This document shows positions 26,813-39,190 of a stretch of DNA of 64,000 nt, piece by piece. Under the pieces are notes generated by a model that did not search any database, was not told the DNA's origin, and saw nothing but the letters and a program-made list of their open reading frames with translations. Origin of the DNA: Cenococcum geophilum (Eukaryota); contig CP158635.1 in NCBI GenBank assembly GCA_050273025.1, forward strand, positions 26,660,001 through 26,724,000. Direction: 5' to 3'. Position 1 is the stretch's first letter; every line of letters starts with the position of its first letter. The position numbers were made by a program, and so were the translations under genes.

Positions 26813-28779
26813 ATAGAACGTAAGCTTATAAGTTAACATTAAGAAATACGAGTTTAGGGTAAAATGTATAAAGTACCTTGGGTTTATTATAACTATAGAA
26901 GGAATTAAGGTTAACTCTAAGAAGGTAGAGGCAATCTATAACTAGAAGCCCCTTTATATAGTAAAAGGGATCTAGTCCTTCCTTAGCTTTTATAACTTTT
27001 ATTACTAGTTTATCTATAACTACGGAATTATAATAAAACCTTTTATTTAACTAACTAGGAAGGACACGCCTTTTATCTTTAATAATAACTATATAAAGGC
27101 CTTTAAAAAGATAAAAGATCGGCTTATCTCTTCCCTAATCCTTTATTACTATAACCTAGAACTTAAATTAATGCTAGAAATAGACGCTTTTAATAGGGTT
27201 ATAGCGGGAATCCTATTATAGTTATATCCGGACAGTAAATAGTACCCTATTACCTTCTTTTTAAAAATAATAGACCTAGTTAAGTGTAACTACTATAAAG
27301 TACATAATAAAGAAATGCTAGCTATTATTTAATTACTATCCTAATAGCGCGTAGAGCTTAAAGGTATAAACTTTAAAATTAAGATATATATAGATTATAA
27401 AGCCCTAAAGTACTTTATAACTATAAAGCAGCTTATTAAACAGTAAGCCTAATAGGCCAAAATACTCTTATAATCCTTCTTTACAATTATATATTGTTCT
27501 AGTAAGTAAAACTCTAAGGCTGTAACGGGACTAGCCCAGTTACAGTAGGAATGTCTTAGTAAAACACTCGATAGATAAATTCCGACGCTTTAACCGAATT
27601 CTGCTAGATTAATCGAATTTTACTAAAGTCCGTTAAAGACCGCGTGCGTATATACGCACGCATCAACCACTAAGCCCCTAACTATTTAATTATATAATTA
27701 TCTTATTATTCCCTTCTCTTCTTTACGCAACGTCTTGTTCTTAGCGAGAGCTATATACCCTTAGATTTAGATAGAATTTATATTATTCCTTTAAATCTTC
27801 CCTAAAGTCTCTCCGCGCCCTTATATTATATTATATTAATACTAATACCCTTAAAATAGTAAACGAACTCGAATCCGCTATAATAACTATTATGGCCCTA
27901 ATTAGGGAATAAATAACTATAATGTAATAGTTCTTTATAGATGCCTTAGCCTAGTAATAAACTATACTAGAAGCTTAGTATTAGCAATTAATTAAAGTAA
28001 TATATAAAGAATTCTATAACGCTAAAGTATTCGCGTTAGAGACCCTAATAGTAACACCTATAAATAAAATTAAAATAACTGTATATAAACCTAACCCATT
28101 AAATATAAACCCTAAACTAGTAATAGCAGCTTAACCTATACCTATAATAAACCTAGTACCTATTACGAAATCTAAAAAGCTCCCTAACCCTCTAATATTT
28201 AATAAAAATAAAAATAACCTATATCCCTTTATAACTAAGCTTTATCTTAAACTTTTAATAAACTATAACTAATACCCTACTAAAGTTAGCAAGATTAGCT
28301 ATAAAATATTTTATTTAAATAAAGACGCTATATAAACTATAGACCCATTCTTCTATAATAGCACCTTTATTAATTTTAAAATCTTTATTTCTCTACTAGA
28401 ATAAATATATAATAACGCCAGCTGCGAATATATAGCTGTTACTAAACTTAAAAACCTATAATAACGGAACTAAGACTTTACCAGCTTCTTTTTAGAATTT
28501 TTAGGCCTTATTAATAAACTAGATTAGAATAAAGCCGCTAGAGTTACTGCTCTCCGTTAAGCTATTTTAGATAAAATTAGAGTATAGTTAGTAGGTAAAG
28601 AACTGCTAAAAAACTTACCTAAATTTGCTATAATATATTAACAAATTAATAAGGACCTTTAATATAACAAACAAACTTATTCCCTAAAGCTAACCACACC
28701 TTACGTTTAAAACTCTATAAAACTAATATATACCCTAAAGCGCAACCCGTCTCTAAGACCTAAAAGCCCTATATATAAC

Positions 28780-31564
28780 TGTTGGTATCACCTAGGGGGG
28801 TACTGCAATTGCAATATGAGGTAACTGGTTCTTTAATTCATTTGTGTTCTTGCGTAGAGGATCATAAGGATCGCGGTGCCTAAATAGGGGGCTGATAAGT
28901 CACCGTAAGGATGACTAATTAGAGACATGACCACGTAACCTTTACTTATATAGACACTGGCGACATTTATAAAAAGGAAAGAAGGTAAGAAAGTATAAAG
29001 GAGTAGTATATAGGTCGACAGGTGCTCGGGGTAGTAATCGCGGATATTTTAGGTATTGCGAATATTGCAGACGTTGCGGATATCGTTACGGATATTGCGG
29101 ATATCGCTACGGATATTATGGATATCGCTATAGATATTGCGGATATTGCGGTAGAAATAGGTAGGCGCGTATAAGGTGTTACCGGGGTATTAACCGAGCA
29201 TTTGTAGTCCTATCCATCGTCATTAAAATGATAGTTAAGGAAGTCGATATCAATAGTAAGGTCGGGAGGGTCCTTGTTGTTACAAAGGTAAGTAACGCTC
29301 TTGCCCTTATCGTTGCTACTCTTATTGCCAACGTTATCGCGCCTTACTATACTAGGCTCTGTACTAGGCTCTATGCTACCAGTAAGGCTATAGGTAAAGG
29401 CATCGTTGTTTATAAACGTAACTATATTCTTAGCGGTTTTAATTAGTATTAGTCCGTTTAAAGTTATAAAGTACTTAATACCATAGTCGTTATAGAAGAA
29501 ATTGCCGCTAGTGGTAGTTAGAACTATGTTCTTGTTAAAGTCGTTGTCGATATCGTTATCCGCGAGGTACTAGTGGACGCGTCTCTTAAATCCTTCTCTT
29601 GCTTTATTACGTTCTTCTTTAGTATGCCTAGTTAACTAATAGTCTCCTTTCTTATATATGAAGCACGTCCTGGCGTTATTGCTGTAATAATTATTTAATA
29701 AACTTGGTTAAGACGTTAGTTGGTAGTAGCGACGGTTAGTAAAGAATACGTCCGTAGGCTATAAGTACGTATTAGCGGGTTGTCCTATAGTACTATTGAT
29801 CTTCTTATAAGTGACAATTGATAATTATAGGCTGTTTATAAGGCTAGTGAGTGTAGTAGGTAAGTTTAAGCAAGCTGCCTAGTAAGCAGCGACATCTTAA
29901 TAAGCGACGATAAGCTTATTATATAGGAAATCGTTATTACGGAGGTTAGCGTTAAAACCATACTGTAGATGACGGAGGTCGTTAAGCAGTAGCTGTAGAC
30001 AGTCCCCTATAGACTTGCTTTTATTTTTTATTATTACTGTCTTAAGAGTAATAGCATTCTACTTTGTTAGAATTCTACGCTTATATTCCGGTTCTTTAAA
30101 ATGGTTACGTATGGCATTATAGATGCTGTTAAAGGTGGTATAAGTTGCCTTATTCTTGTAGTAGAAGTTAAGAGTAATACTACGTAGCATTGTTGGAAAG
30201 CCTTTAATCTTTGCCTCTTGTGGTATACCAACTCTGTTATAAAGGTCGTTAAAGATTATAAGCTTACGGTCGAAGTTGTCATCCTCTCCGCTGTATTTGC
30301 TTTCCTCCGTGTACATTTTTACTAGGGTTGCTAAGTCTCTGCCGTAGTTAACGGCGGTTGTAACTTTTGTAGGAGCTGTGACGTTTATAGGGGGAGTTGT
30401 GACGTTTGTAGAGGGAGCCGTGACGTTCGTAGGCGAGGGAGTTGTGACGTCCGTAGAGGGAGCTGTGACGTTTGTAGGGGGAGCCGTGACGTCCGTAGGC
30501 GAGGGAGGCTCGGCCGTAGGGAGGTTATTTGAGACAGCTGGGGTTAGGGCAGATGACGTTAAGGGGGTTAATGAACGTAATTTAAGACGATGGTTAATAA
30601 CATACGAATTAAAGGATCCTTCGTTGTTGATGTATAGTTGAATTTCTGCATCTAACTATTCCGTACGGTTGTCCTTGTAAGTGACGTCGTACAGTGCTTG
30701 TGGTACTAACTTGCTTTTCTTATTAAAGACCTATACCCTATTATGTCGGAGTAGTTGTTTAAGTCCCTTAAGTGTAAGCCTATTGGCGTCTTTAAATGTC
30801 TATACCTCAAAATTATTAAAGTCCTCTTGGTATAATTCCCATAGGCTTTTGTTCTTAAAGTTGTACTTAGTATACTTATTAATTTTGAACTTAATATAGC
30901 TGGTAATATCTTCTGCAGTGGTCTCATTAGTTAAGGTAATTCTGTTGCCCCAGTTTGGACGTTAGGTTCCTGTGTTAGACATAATTGACTGGCGTAGATC
31001 GTGGTATAGGTCGTAGTGTAGGTAGGGGTGCTGCTAACGCTGCTAGGTGTACTGGCGCTTAGTAAAGAGGTCGTACTGGGTGTTAATTTTGCGTGGTGGA
31101 CGCGAACCGAACGAAGCCTTGGTAGGAGTTGGTTTTTCTTAGTAAACGCGACGTAATTGACGGGCCTTGGTAGGAGCGATCGCGTGTTATCTCTCAAGTG
31201 GTTGTTTTGCGTGGTGGACGCGAACCGAACGAAGCCTTAGTAGGAGTCGGTTCTTTAAGTTCTTAGAGCCTATACTAGAAGGGTTCTCCTTAGTAAACGC
31301 GACACGATTAACGGGCCTTGGTAGGAGCGATCGCGTGTTGTCTCTCTTCGTAATAACACTTAGCTGATCTGTGATATCACTAATCAGTGTTGGTATCATC
31401 TAGGGGGGTACTGCAATTGCAATATGAGGTAACTGGTTCTTTAATTCATTTGTGTTCTTGCGCAGAGGATTATAAGGATTGCGGTGCCTAAATAGGGGGC
31501 TGATAAGTCACCGTAAGGATGACTAATTAGAGACATGACTACGTAACCTCTACTCGTATAGATA
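28780..31564 (-). mobile_element. Gag-only LTR retroelement, family G1 copy 1
   Basis: LTRs 28780-28956 and 31388-31564; TSD ATAAC; minus-strand gag-like remnant YTEESKYSGEDDNFDRKLIIF and a CCHC-like knuckle (~29620-29670); too short to hold pol. Confidence 0.88.
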
Positions 31565-32555
31565 ATAACCCTATAGACCTTAATGCTACTTAATCCTATA
31601 TACCCTTAGGAACCAACAAATAAAGAATATAAGCTATAAATAGAGAATATTTTAGATATAGAAAAAAGAGATATATTTAAAGGGATTGCCGAACTTACCC
31701 TTTTAAAAAGGTCCGCCGTAGCTCCTTTTAGTCCTTAAGTCGCACTTATTTTATAAATTATACTTAATCGCTATAAAGTATCTTACCTTTAGTTAATTTA
31801 GAAAATAAATTGTTCTAGGGCTAAGTTACGCCTTAGGATAAGAAATAGAAGAGTATAAGTACCTAGGCTCTTTTAGCGCTAATATATAACATAACTCCCT
31901 TAATATACTTAGCGAAATTTAAATACTTAAAAAATAGAAGGAAGTATAAATCCTTATGGATAGCGGAGTTACTAGTATAGGCTTTATTAATATAAACTAC
32001 GCAAAAACTTAACGCTTAAATTTAAAGAAACTTAATAAGCCCTAAGGCCTATAAGGCTTTAATAGTAAGCCTTTAATATATAGTAAACTAATGCACTACG
32101 CTCTTATAAAGATGCGGATAGGTAAATACCTTAAATATATTTCCCTATTTATAATACCCTTAAAGCATTATAAGGTAATACTTAAATATAGATAGCTAAA
32201 ATAATATAACCCTTTAATTAGCTAGGTTAAAGAAATACTAAAATTCCATACAACTTACTGCCGAAGTTATTACTTAAAATACCACTTGCCCTATAAATAT
32301 GCATATAATTATTTAAATTTAATATAATATAAATTGCCCTTACTATAAACCTTAAACTAATATAATAAAGTTATAACTACTAATTATAGTAAAGAATGCG
32401 AAGATAATATATTAAAACCCCTTAAAATTTATATAGTATAAGCCGCACCCTTTTACTTATTAGTAAGAAAACGAGACTATAAGATCTTTACTATAACACT
32501 AAAAGATATTAAAAAAGCGTTAGAACTAAAGCAATATATTAACCCCTAACCTTTT

Positions 32556-34606
32556 TGTTGGAACCACGGTAGGGGGGGTTTTAGTCTTAATCGATTTCTT
32601 CCTTCTTATTCCTACTTCTATAGGTGGAATTTAGTGGATCTCCTGAGCTCGCTTAGCTTATATGGTTAACCTAATTAGTTACAAGCAACCGTGTCTACTA
32701 TATTACAGAACCTTATTTAGATACTAGCAACAACTAGGAAATAAAAAAGAGAATAAAATAATACTAGTAAATGAGTCCGTAGTCTCTATCTCTCTCCCTT
32801 TATAAACTTAGCCCAAAACGCCTCCGCCTTAGGGTCGCTGTAATAGCTAGGGCAGGGTTCTATATCGAGGTAGAAGTTAAAAGCTCTAAACCTCGCTATA
32901 AAGGTATCCCCTTAGTTATCGTCGTCGTTGTTATCAGTATTGCCGTTACTACCCTTAAAATCGGAGATGTATTAACGTATTCTTTGGTCCCTTTCTTCCT
33001 TTATATGGTTTATAGACTAATATCCAGATTTACTGCATACAAAGCACTTTTTGCCCTTATTGCGGTATTAACAATTAGGGGGGTAATGTCGTTGGTTAGA
33101 GGAGTTGTATTATTAGTTAGTATAGAATAATTTAATCTCTAGTTCTTATTTACCGTACGTTATAATTAAGGATTTAATGTCGCTAATAAGGCCGGTAAGG
33201 GTAGTAGCGGGTTGAAAATAGGCTAGTTTGCAAGCTGGTACGTCTTAGCACGCAGTAAGGAGCTTATTATAGAATATTATGTTATTTTAGAGGTTCTTTG
33301 CTAACCTACGTTATAGCTGCCATATCTCGTTAATTAATATCTAAAATGCTTGGCCTGTATTAAGTCCTTTTTAAGCAGTAACTTATTTAAGCGTAATTGC
33401 ATTCCACTTTAATAGGATATCGCGTTTGTATTCGTCGCCTTTAAAGTATAATTTAAGGCCTATGCATATATTCTTGAGAAGGTTAAGATCTTTAAGGTAG
33501 GTAAAGTAGTATTTAAGAGTAAGGCCGCGGAGTATAGTAGGAATAGCAATAATATACGCTTGCTTAGGGACGCTGGCTTAAAGGCAGTAGTTTTAGAAGA
33601 TCTTAAACTTAAAATTAAAGTTATCTTATTTACTAGAGTATTTAACTTCGTCCATATAGAGCTTAGCTAAGTTAGTAATCTCTCTTCCGAAGTTTCCTTG
33701 TAGGGCGAGCTGGTCTATGGCTTGGGTAATTCGTGCTAAAGTTAGGGTTGGATTTAACAGGGTATTTAATGGTTAAATAGCTTGAACGGGGGCAGTTGGT
33801 AGTAATGGTAGGGCTAGGGTAGGGTCGTCAGCAGGGCCGTCGGTAGGGTCGTCGGTAGGCCATTTTAAGAGAGTTGGTTCGTGAATGGTTCCTAAGAGGC
33901 CGTCTGTAATTGACTTCCTTGCCTCCTTCCGTACGTATACTCTATTTTTACGGAGGTAATCTCTAATCTTCTTTAATCGATCCTTGCCAAGGTTATTAAG
34001 TATATCCCTTATAAACAACTTAAAATCGTTAATAAAGCTCTCCTATAGGTTAAATCCCTTCTATCTATTTTCCTTGTATATTAATAAGCGCCAATTAACG
34101 AATGCTTTAACTTCCTTAATGTTGGTTACGGTCGCGTTAATTCCAGTCTCCTATTTTTTAGTATCTATCGCGGAGGTAGATTTTTTGGTATTTATCGCGG
34201 AGGTAGCCATCTTTTAGTTCCGCAGTTAATTTGACAGTTGGACTAGAAGCGTAGAAATAACCACAAATTAATTGTTCTAAAGGCGTAATAGACGTAGGTT
34301 AGAAGCGCGAGGAACCTTATAAACTGGCCTTTAGGCTTAGTAAGTAGTAGCTTAATTCTTAGCCTTCGACGAGAGGTCTAGAGAATTAGATAGTGCCTTT
34401 CTTTATTATACCTTACTGATCTATGCGGCACTAATTAGTGTTGGAACCGCAGTAGGGGGGGTTTTAGTCTTAATCGATTTCTTCCTTCTTATTCCTACTT
34501 CTATAGGTAGAATTTGGTGGATCTCCTGAGCTCGCTTAGCTTATATAGTTAACCCAATTAGTTATAAGTAACTGTGTCTACTATATTACAGAACCTTATT
34601 TAGACA
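32556..34606 (-). mobile_element. Gag-only LTR retroelement, family G2
   Basis: LTRs 32556-32723 and 34439-34606; TSD CTTTT; minus-strand gag-like sequence (YMDEVKYSSK.DNFNFKFKIF; KKCFVCSKSGY knuckle); no pol. Confidence 0.88.
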
Positions 34607-36158
34607 CTTTTATATTTAAAGAATATTATAATCTAATTAATATGTTTAAGAAACGATTTATAGATTAACTACCCCTATATTAAGATAAGTATAATTTTAA
34701 AATAGAACTTAAACCTAGTATAACGCTAAAGTTCGGCCTATTATACGGTATATTATAAGAAGAGCTGCTTATAATGTAATAATACCTTAAAGAGCACCTA
34801 AAGAAAGGATTTATTTACCCTAGTTAATTACTATTTACCTTACCTATACTATTCGTTAAAAAAACCTAAAGGAGGCTTAAGGTTCTATATTAATTATTAA
34901 GCCCTAAATATAATTATAATTTAAAACTAATATCTAATTCCTCTGCTTTAAGAAACGCTTAACTACTTAGTAAAAGTATAATACTTTATAAAGCTTAATA
35001 TAGTCACTGCCTTTAATTAAATCTATATTTATAAAGGAGATAAGAAGTATATAGCTTTCTGTATATAATAGGGACTTTTTAAATACCTAGTAATGCTATT
35101 TAGTGTAAAAAACGGTCTTAGTACGTTTTAGTAATACGCTAATAATACACTTCGCGAATTCCTTAATGTATTTATTACCGCGTATATTAATAATATCTTA
35201 ATCTACTTATCTTCGCTTTTTAAGCATTAAAAGCATATTTAAATAGTTTTTAAACGCCTATAAAACGCGGGCTTATAATATAATATTAAGAAATACAAGT
35301 TCTATATATCCGAAGTTACATACTTAGGCCTAATTATATCCCGTAACGGAATTAAAATAAACCCTAAGAAAATCGCTATAATTATAAACTAGGAAAGTCC
35401 TAGTAGTATATAAGATATTTAAGGATTTTTAGAATTCGCAAATTTCTACTATTAATTTATTAATCACTTCTTAAAAATCGTTTAGCTATTAGTAAACTTA
35501 ATAAAAAAGAATATAAGATTTAAATAGATTACTAAATATAAATAAGCTTTTAATAACCTAAAATATCGTTTTATAACTACTAGAATCTTATTATTAGGGA
35601 AGACGCAGCCAGATTTAGAGGTTCCTACCCCCCGTTTTAGGAGGCTATTTCTTCTTGCTTAGACCCATATCTATTACCGCTTTTATAACATACTAAGCGT
35701 GCCAAGGGCGGTAGGGTCTCCCTTACCCACTAAACCTAGAAGCGCGCGTGCAGCCCTACAATATACCTCTCAAAGCTCCCTAAACGTCCCTTAATAGCTA
35801 TTTAAGAAGCTATAGACATCCGCCGCCTACCTAATCTAGTTTCCACCTTTGTCCTTATCCTCTGCTAAAAGCACTACCCTTACCCAATAAAACCTCCCTT
35901 CTACACTACGCTCCTTTAACCCTTTTCCCACAGTAGCTATATATATATTTTCCCCTATTATTATATTATTCACTTCTAATACTCAATTTCTAGGTTTCTA
36001 CTTACGGGGTTTTTTGGCCCTATCCCACTCTTAAAAACGCCTATCTCCCGTAGAGCCTTTTTCAGCGTTCCTATTAACAGCAGTTACTCTTAAGCTAGCT
36101 TCTGCGTATAGGTAACTAGCAGCTGCTAAAGCACTAAGACACCACGCGTTTAACTACT

Positions 36159-38680
36159 ATGCCTTCTTAAAGCAAAAAATAGTAAAATATAGATTTAGCC
36201 TCTAGCTTAGACCTTAAACTAGGTAAGCCGTCTTATTTTAAGCTAGCTTTAAACTTAGATTTAAGCTCTAACTCTAGAGTTAGGGAAGACGCTAAGTCTA
36301 AGGGGGAATATTTACGGTAGAGGATTGTGTATTATAAAGGTTAAGGAAGAGTAAAGTTAAAATAGAAGCCCTGGTCTACTTCTCTTATTAAGCATAAATT
36401 CTAGAATTAGGAAAAGTTCGTTTATATTTAGACTAAGATTTACCTTATAATACTAACGATTTATATTTAGGTTCTACCTAAAAGTTAAGTCTAACCTAAC
36501 TGAGGCCCTTTATTAGTGTGTGGCCGATACGCTTAAAATATACCTTAAATAGCGCGTAAAGAATTCACAAATTAAGAAGGAAAGCGCGATTAAGGCGTAC
36601 TAGAGACGAATTCTGTGCAAATTTATAGATATAGTAGGCTATAGTATAAATAATAGCGCAGAACTTGATATACAAGATATAGGGCGATCTTTAACCTTTA
36701 AAAAAAAAACTTAGCTAATTTGTTATAGTGGATTCTAACCTACTTAACGCTAATATACGAGCTAAATACGTTGGAGAAAGAAAAGCATGTAATATATATA
36801 TAAGACTTATATGTAATTATTAATGCCCATTAGATAATAGACGTAAAGCCTTACTATAGTCGTTTTTAAGTGCAAATGGGAGCAATCCTCCTCCTCTCTA
36901 GTGCCACGGCAATAAGACCCTAAGCTCTTATTAAAAGTTTAAGCGTAAGAGGCTCTAATAAAGCGCTTTTATATAAACATATTATAATCCTAAAAGTTCG
37001 CGATGCAAAAAACTTTAATTAAACTATAACTGTCGCCCTCGTAAGTCTTATATATATTAAGAATTCTAAAGGTATAGGTAGACGGTATATAGTAACGCCG
37101 ATTAAAGACGGCGCGAATGGCGCTAATAGACCTATAGTAAGAGGTTTATTTTCTATCTTAAAAACATCCTAGCTTTTTATATTCTATCCTATCTTATAAG
37201 CCTTGCTATTACGGATAATATATTTTAACGCCATTATACTTTACTAGAAGAGATTTTTAAACTCGAAATCCTAGTAAATAAAGAGAGTCTTAAAGTGAAG
37301 TTTAAGAAGCAGATGGAGGAATAACCTATCTTTTAAGATATTAAGATAATGGCTAGTTATAGGGGAGTATTAGACACCAAAGCATTCCCTTACTAGAAAT
37401 GCCGCGATCACTATATATAGTTAGGCTGAGTAGCCGGGTTTAAATAATCGCTTAAACTTTACTAGCTATAATAAGCGTTTAGAAGAAAATTAAATAGTAA
37501 GTATCTGATTTAATATAAGTATATCTATTAACTAACCTTTCTAGCCACCCTTACTCTAGAAGAGCGAAATCAGATAATAGGTCATTACGGCAATACCTAC
37601 TAACGGTTTTATTTACTTAATTTAATTAAGCGCGATTTCCAGTTAATCTACTTTAGGACTCTATTATAGGACGACCTTATCTAATATACCGCACGGATAG
37701 GGATTTTAAGAAACGAGCGGGCCCCTATAGGTCTAACTAATAAGTAAAAGCTTAAATTCTAGTTAAAACTTAATTAATACCCTAATATTTTACAGCTTTA
37801 TAAGAAACGAGAGCGATATAAACAAAAGATTAGGAGCCGAGGATATTACCCTATTAATGCCGTAAAGGGAACGAAACTATACAACCGTTACGATAAAGCC
37901 AGACGTAAACTTTATAGTATTACAAACGTTCTATATAAACAAAAAGAGGACTAGGTTATTCTTAATTTTTATAATATTATCGACGATTATAATATTAAAA
38001 GACAGCTTAGTAGTAGTATTAGGACGGACATTCCCACCCGTTTAGCTATATAGTATAAATTTCGTAAACATGCTGCTATTGCTAAACTGCTGTCTTAGCC
38101 GCTAAACGAGCTTAAAGAAGGGTACGCTATAAAACTCCGTATAAAGTTTATCCGTAATCTTGTTAAGTATTATAATTAATAAGAGAGCTAGTAGAATGGG
38201 ATCCTAAGTAAGGCTATCGGACTTTAACTTAGGTCTAAAGTAGACTAAAGTGTAGTAGGCGTAAAAAGAGGTGTAAGTAACACTAATACTAGTACCCATT
38301 AATAGGCAAAGCGGCAGAAAGAATATATTAGCTTAGACTCGCCTTTCTAAAAAAACCCGGATAAGATGTAGAGCGCGGTCCCAATTAAGGAAGAGGGTAT
38401 TAAGATAATACAGCTGCCGCATCCTATGACGTTTACTAATCTTATTTGCCTTATCTATATTGGCAATAACTAACTCTTAACGCTAAGGCAGACCCGCCTA
38501 TTTGTAAAGAAGGATACACTATAAAAGCATCTTAATAATTATGTTATAGAAGGAGTGTTTAGGTAAAGGTTCTGCTATAAGTATCCTTATTATTTAGAGT
38601 GGATTAAAGGACTTAAGTATTTTAAAAATCACGCAGCCCTTATGCATGGCGTATAGTATCTAATTAAGAGGCACCGCTAG
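36159..38680 (+). pseudogene. DUF3435 tyrosine recombinase (Starship captain) with C-terminal zinc-finger-like region, RIP-inactivated
   Basis: De-RIPed motifs YLKWRVKNS.IKKESAIKAYW, LLSGATATRP, LELYQLRRASG, EERNQIMGH..TYQRFY, RDFQSIYFG, and CLICIG...KDTLQKH...C..P...HFKNHAA..HG. Introns with CTAAY branch sites at ~36416-36469, ~36681-36728, ~37085-37137, ~37497-37544. Confidence 0.88.
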
Positions 38681-38924
38681 GTAAGTTGCCTTACTTATAC
38701 GAGAATCCTATACTAACCCTCTAGTACTAATAGAAAGGCATATAACTGGTAAATTTAGAACTATACGTTCCTTATATATAGGACCTTTTCCTAGTCATTT
38801 CTCGCTTATCTTATTATTCTTTACTACTTTTTATTTTATTTTAGTCTATTATTATCCAATCCTATTCTAGTATTTAGTAGAATAAATATAATAACTAGGA
38901 TTTTATAATTCGTCCAGGGGGGCA

Positions 38925-39040
38925 AGGGGTAATAGGTGAGGGTAAAAGTGAGGGTAAGGTAAAGGATAAGATAAAGGGTAAGGTAAGGGGTAAGGGGTAA
39001 AGGGTAAGGGGTAAGGGGTAAGGAGTAAAGGGTGAAGTAA
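38925..39040 (+). repeat. (GGGGTAA)n-like G-rich microsatellite
   Basis: Directly visible between the convergent captain and BTB genes. Confidence 0.8.
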
Positions 39041-39190
39041 GGAGAGGCTAATAGGAGATAGATAATATAGTTGCTATACAATATCTAACAGATCGACTAT
39101 GGACGAGATATACATTTGAATTTCTTAGATCAACCTAAACAATATAATGACTTCCTACCTAAGCCGATCTCCTAAGCTATATATCTTTAC

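Larger units (their letters stand above)
9120..27520 (+). mobile_element. Ty3/gypsy family A, copy 2 (5' LTR 9120-9319, gag, protease, RT, RNase H), split by five insertions; 3' part lies outside the window
   Basis: LTR matches 2021-2233; gag from ~9551; CCHC-like knuckle TCYNCNKEDYFALSCPE ~20530; protease LINTRA ~20783; RT YLDNILI ~26574; RNase H LEIDAF ~27175. The host sequence resumes after each resolved insertion. Confidence 0.9.
27521..35590 (+). mobile_element. Ty3/gypsy family C (5' LTR ~27521-27830, gag, protease, RT), cut just before RNase H
   Basis: TGTAAC start interrupts gypsy A at NSKA; gag (EKLPDP-like, ~28170); protease LMDSG ~31953; RT YINNIL ~35183; ends at FITTRIL ~35590. 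Confidence 0.85.

Noticed and set aside
38925..39040. Interstitial telomere
   Set aside because: The unit is GGGGTAA, not TTAGGG, and it is short and degenerate.
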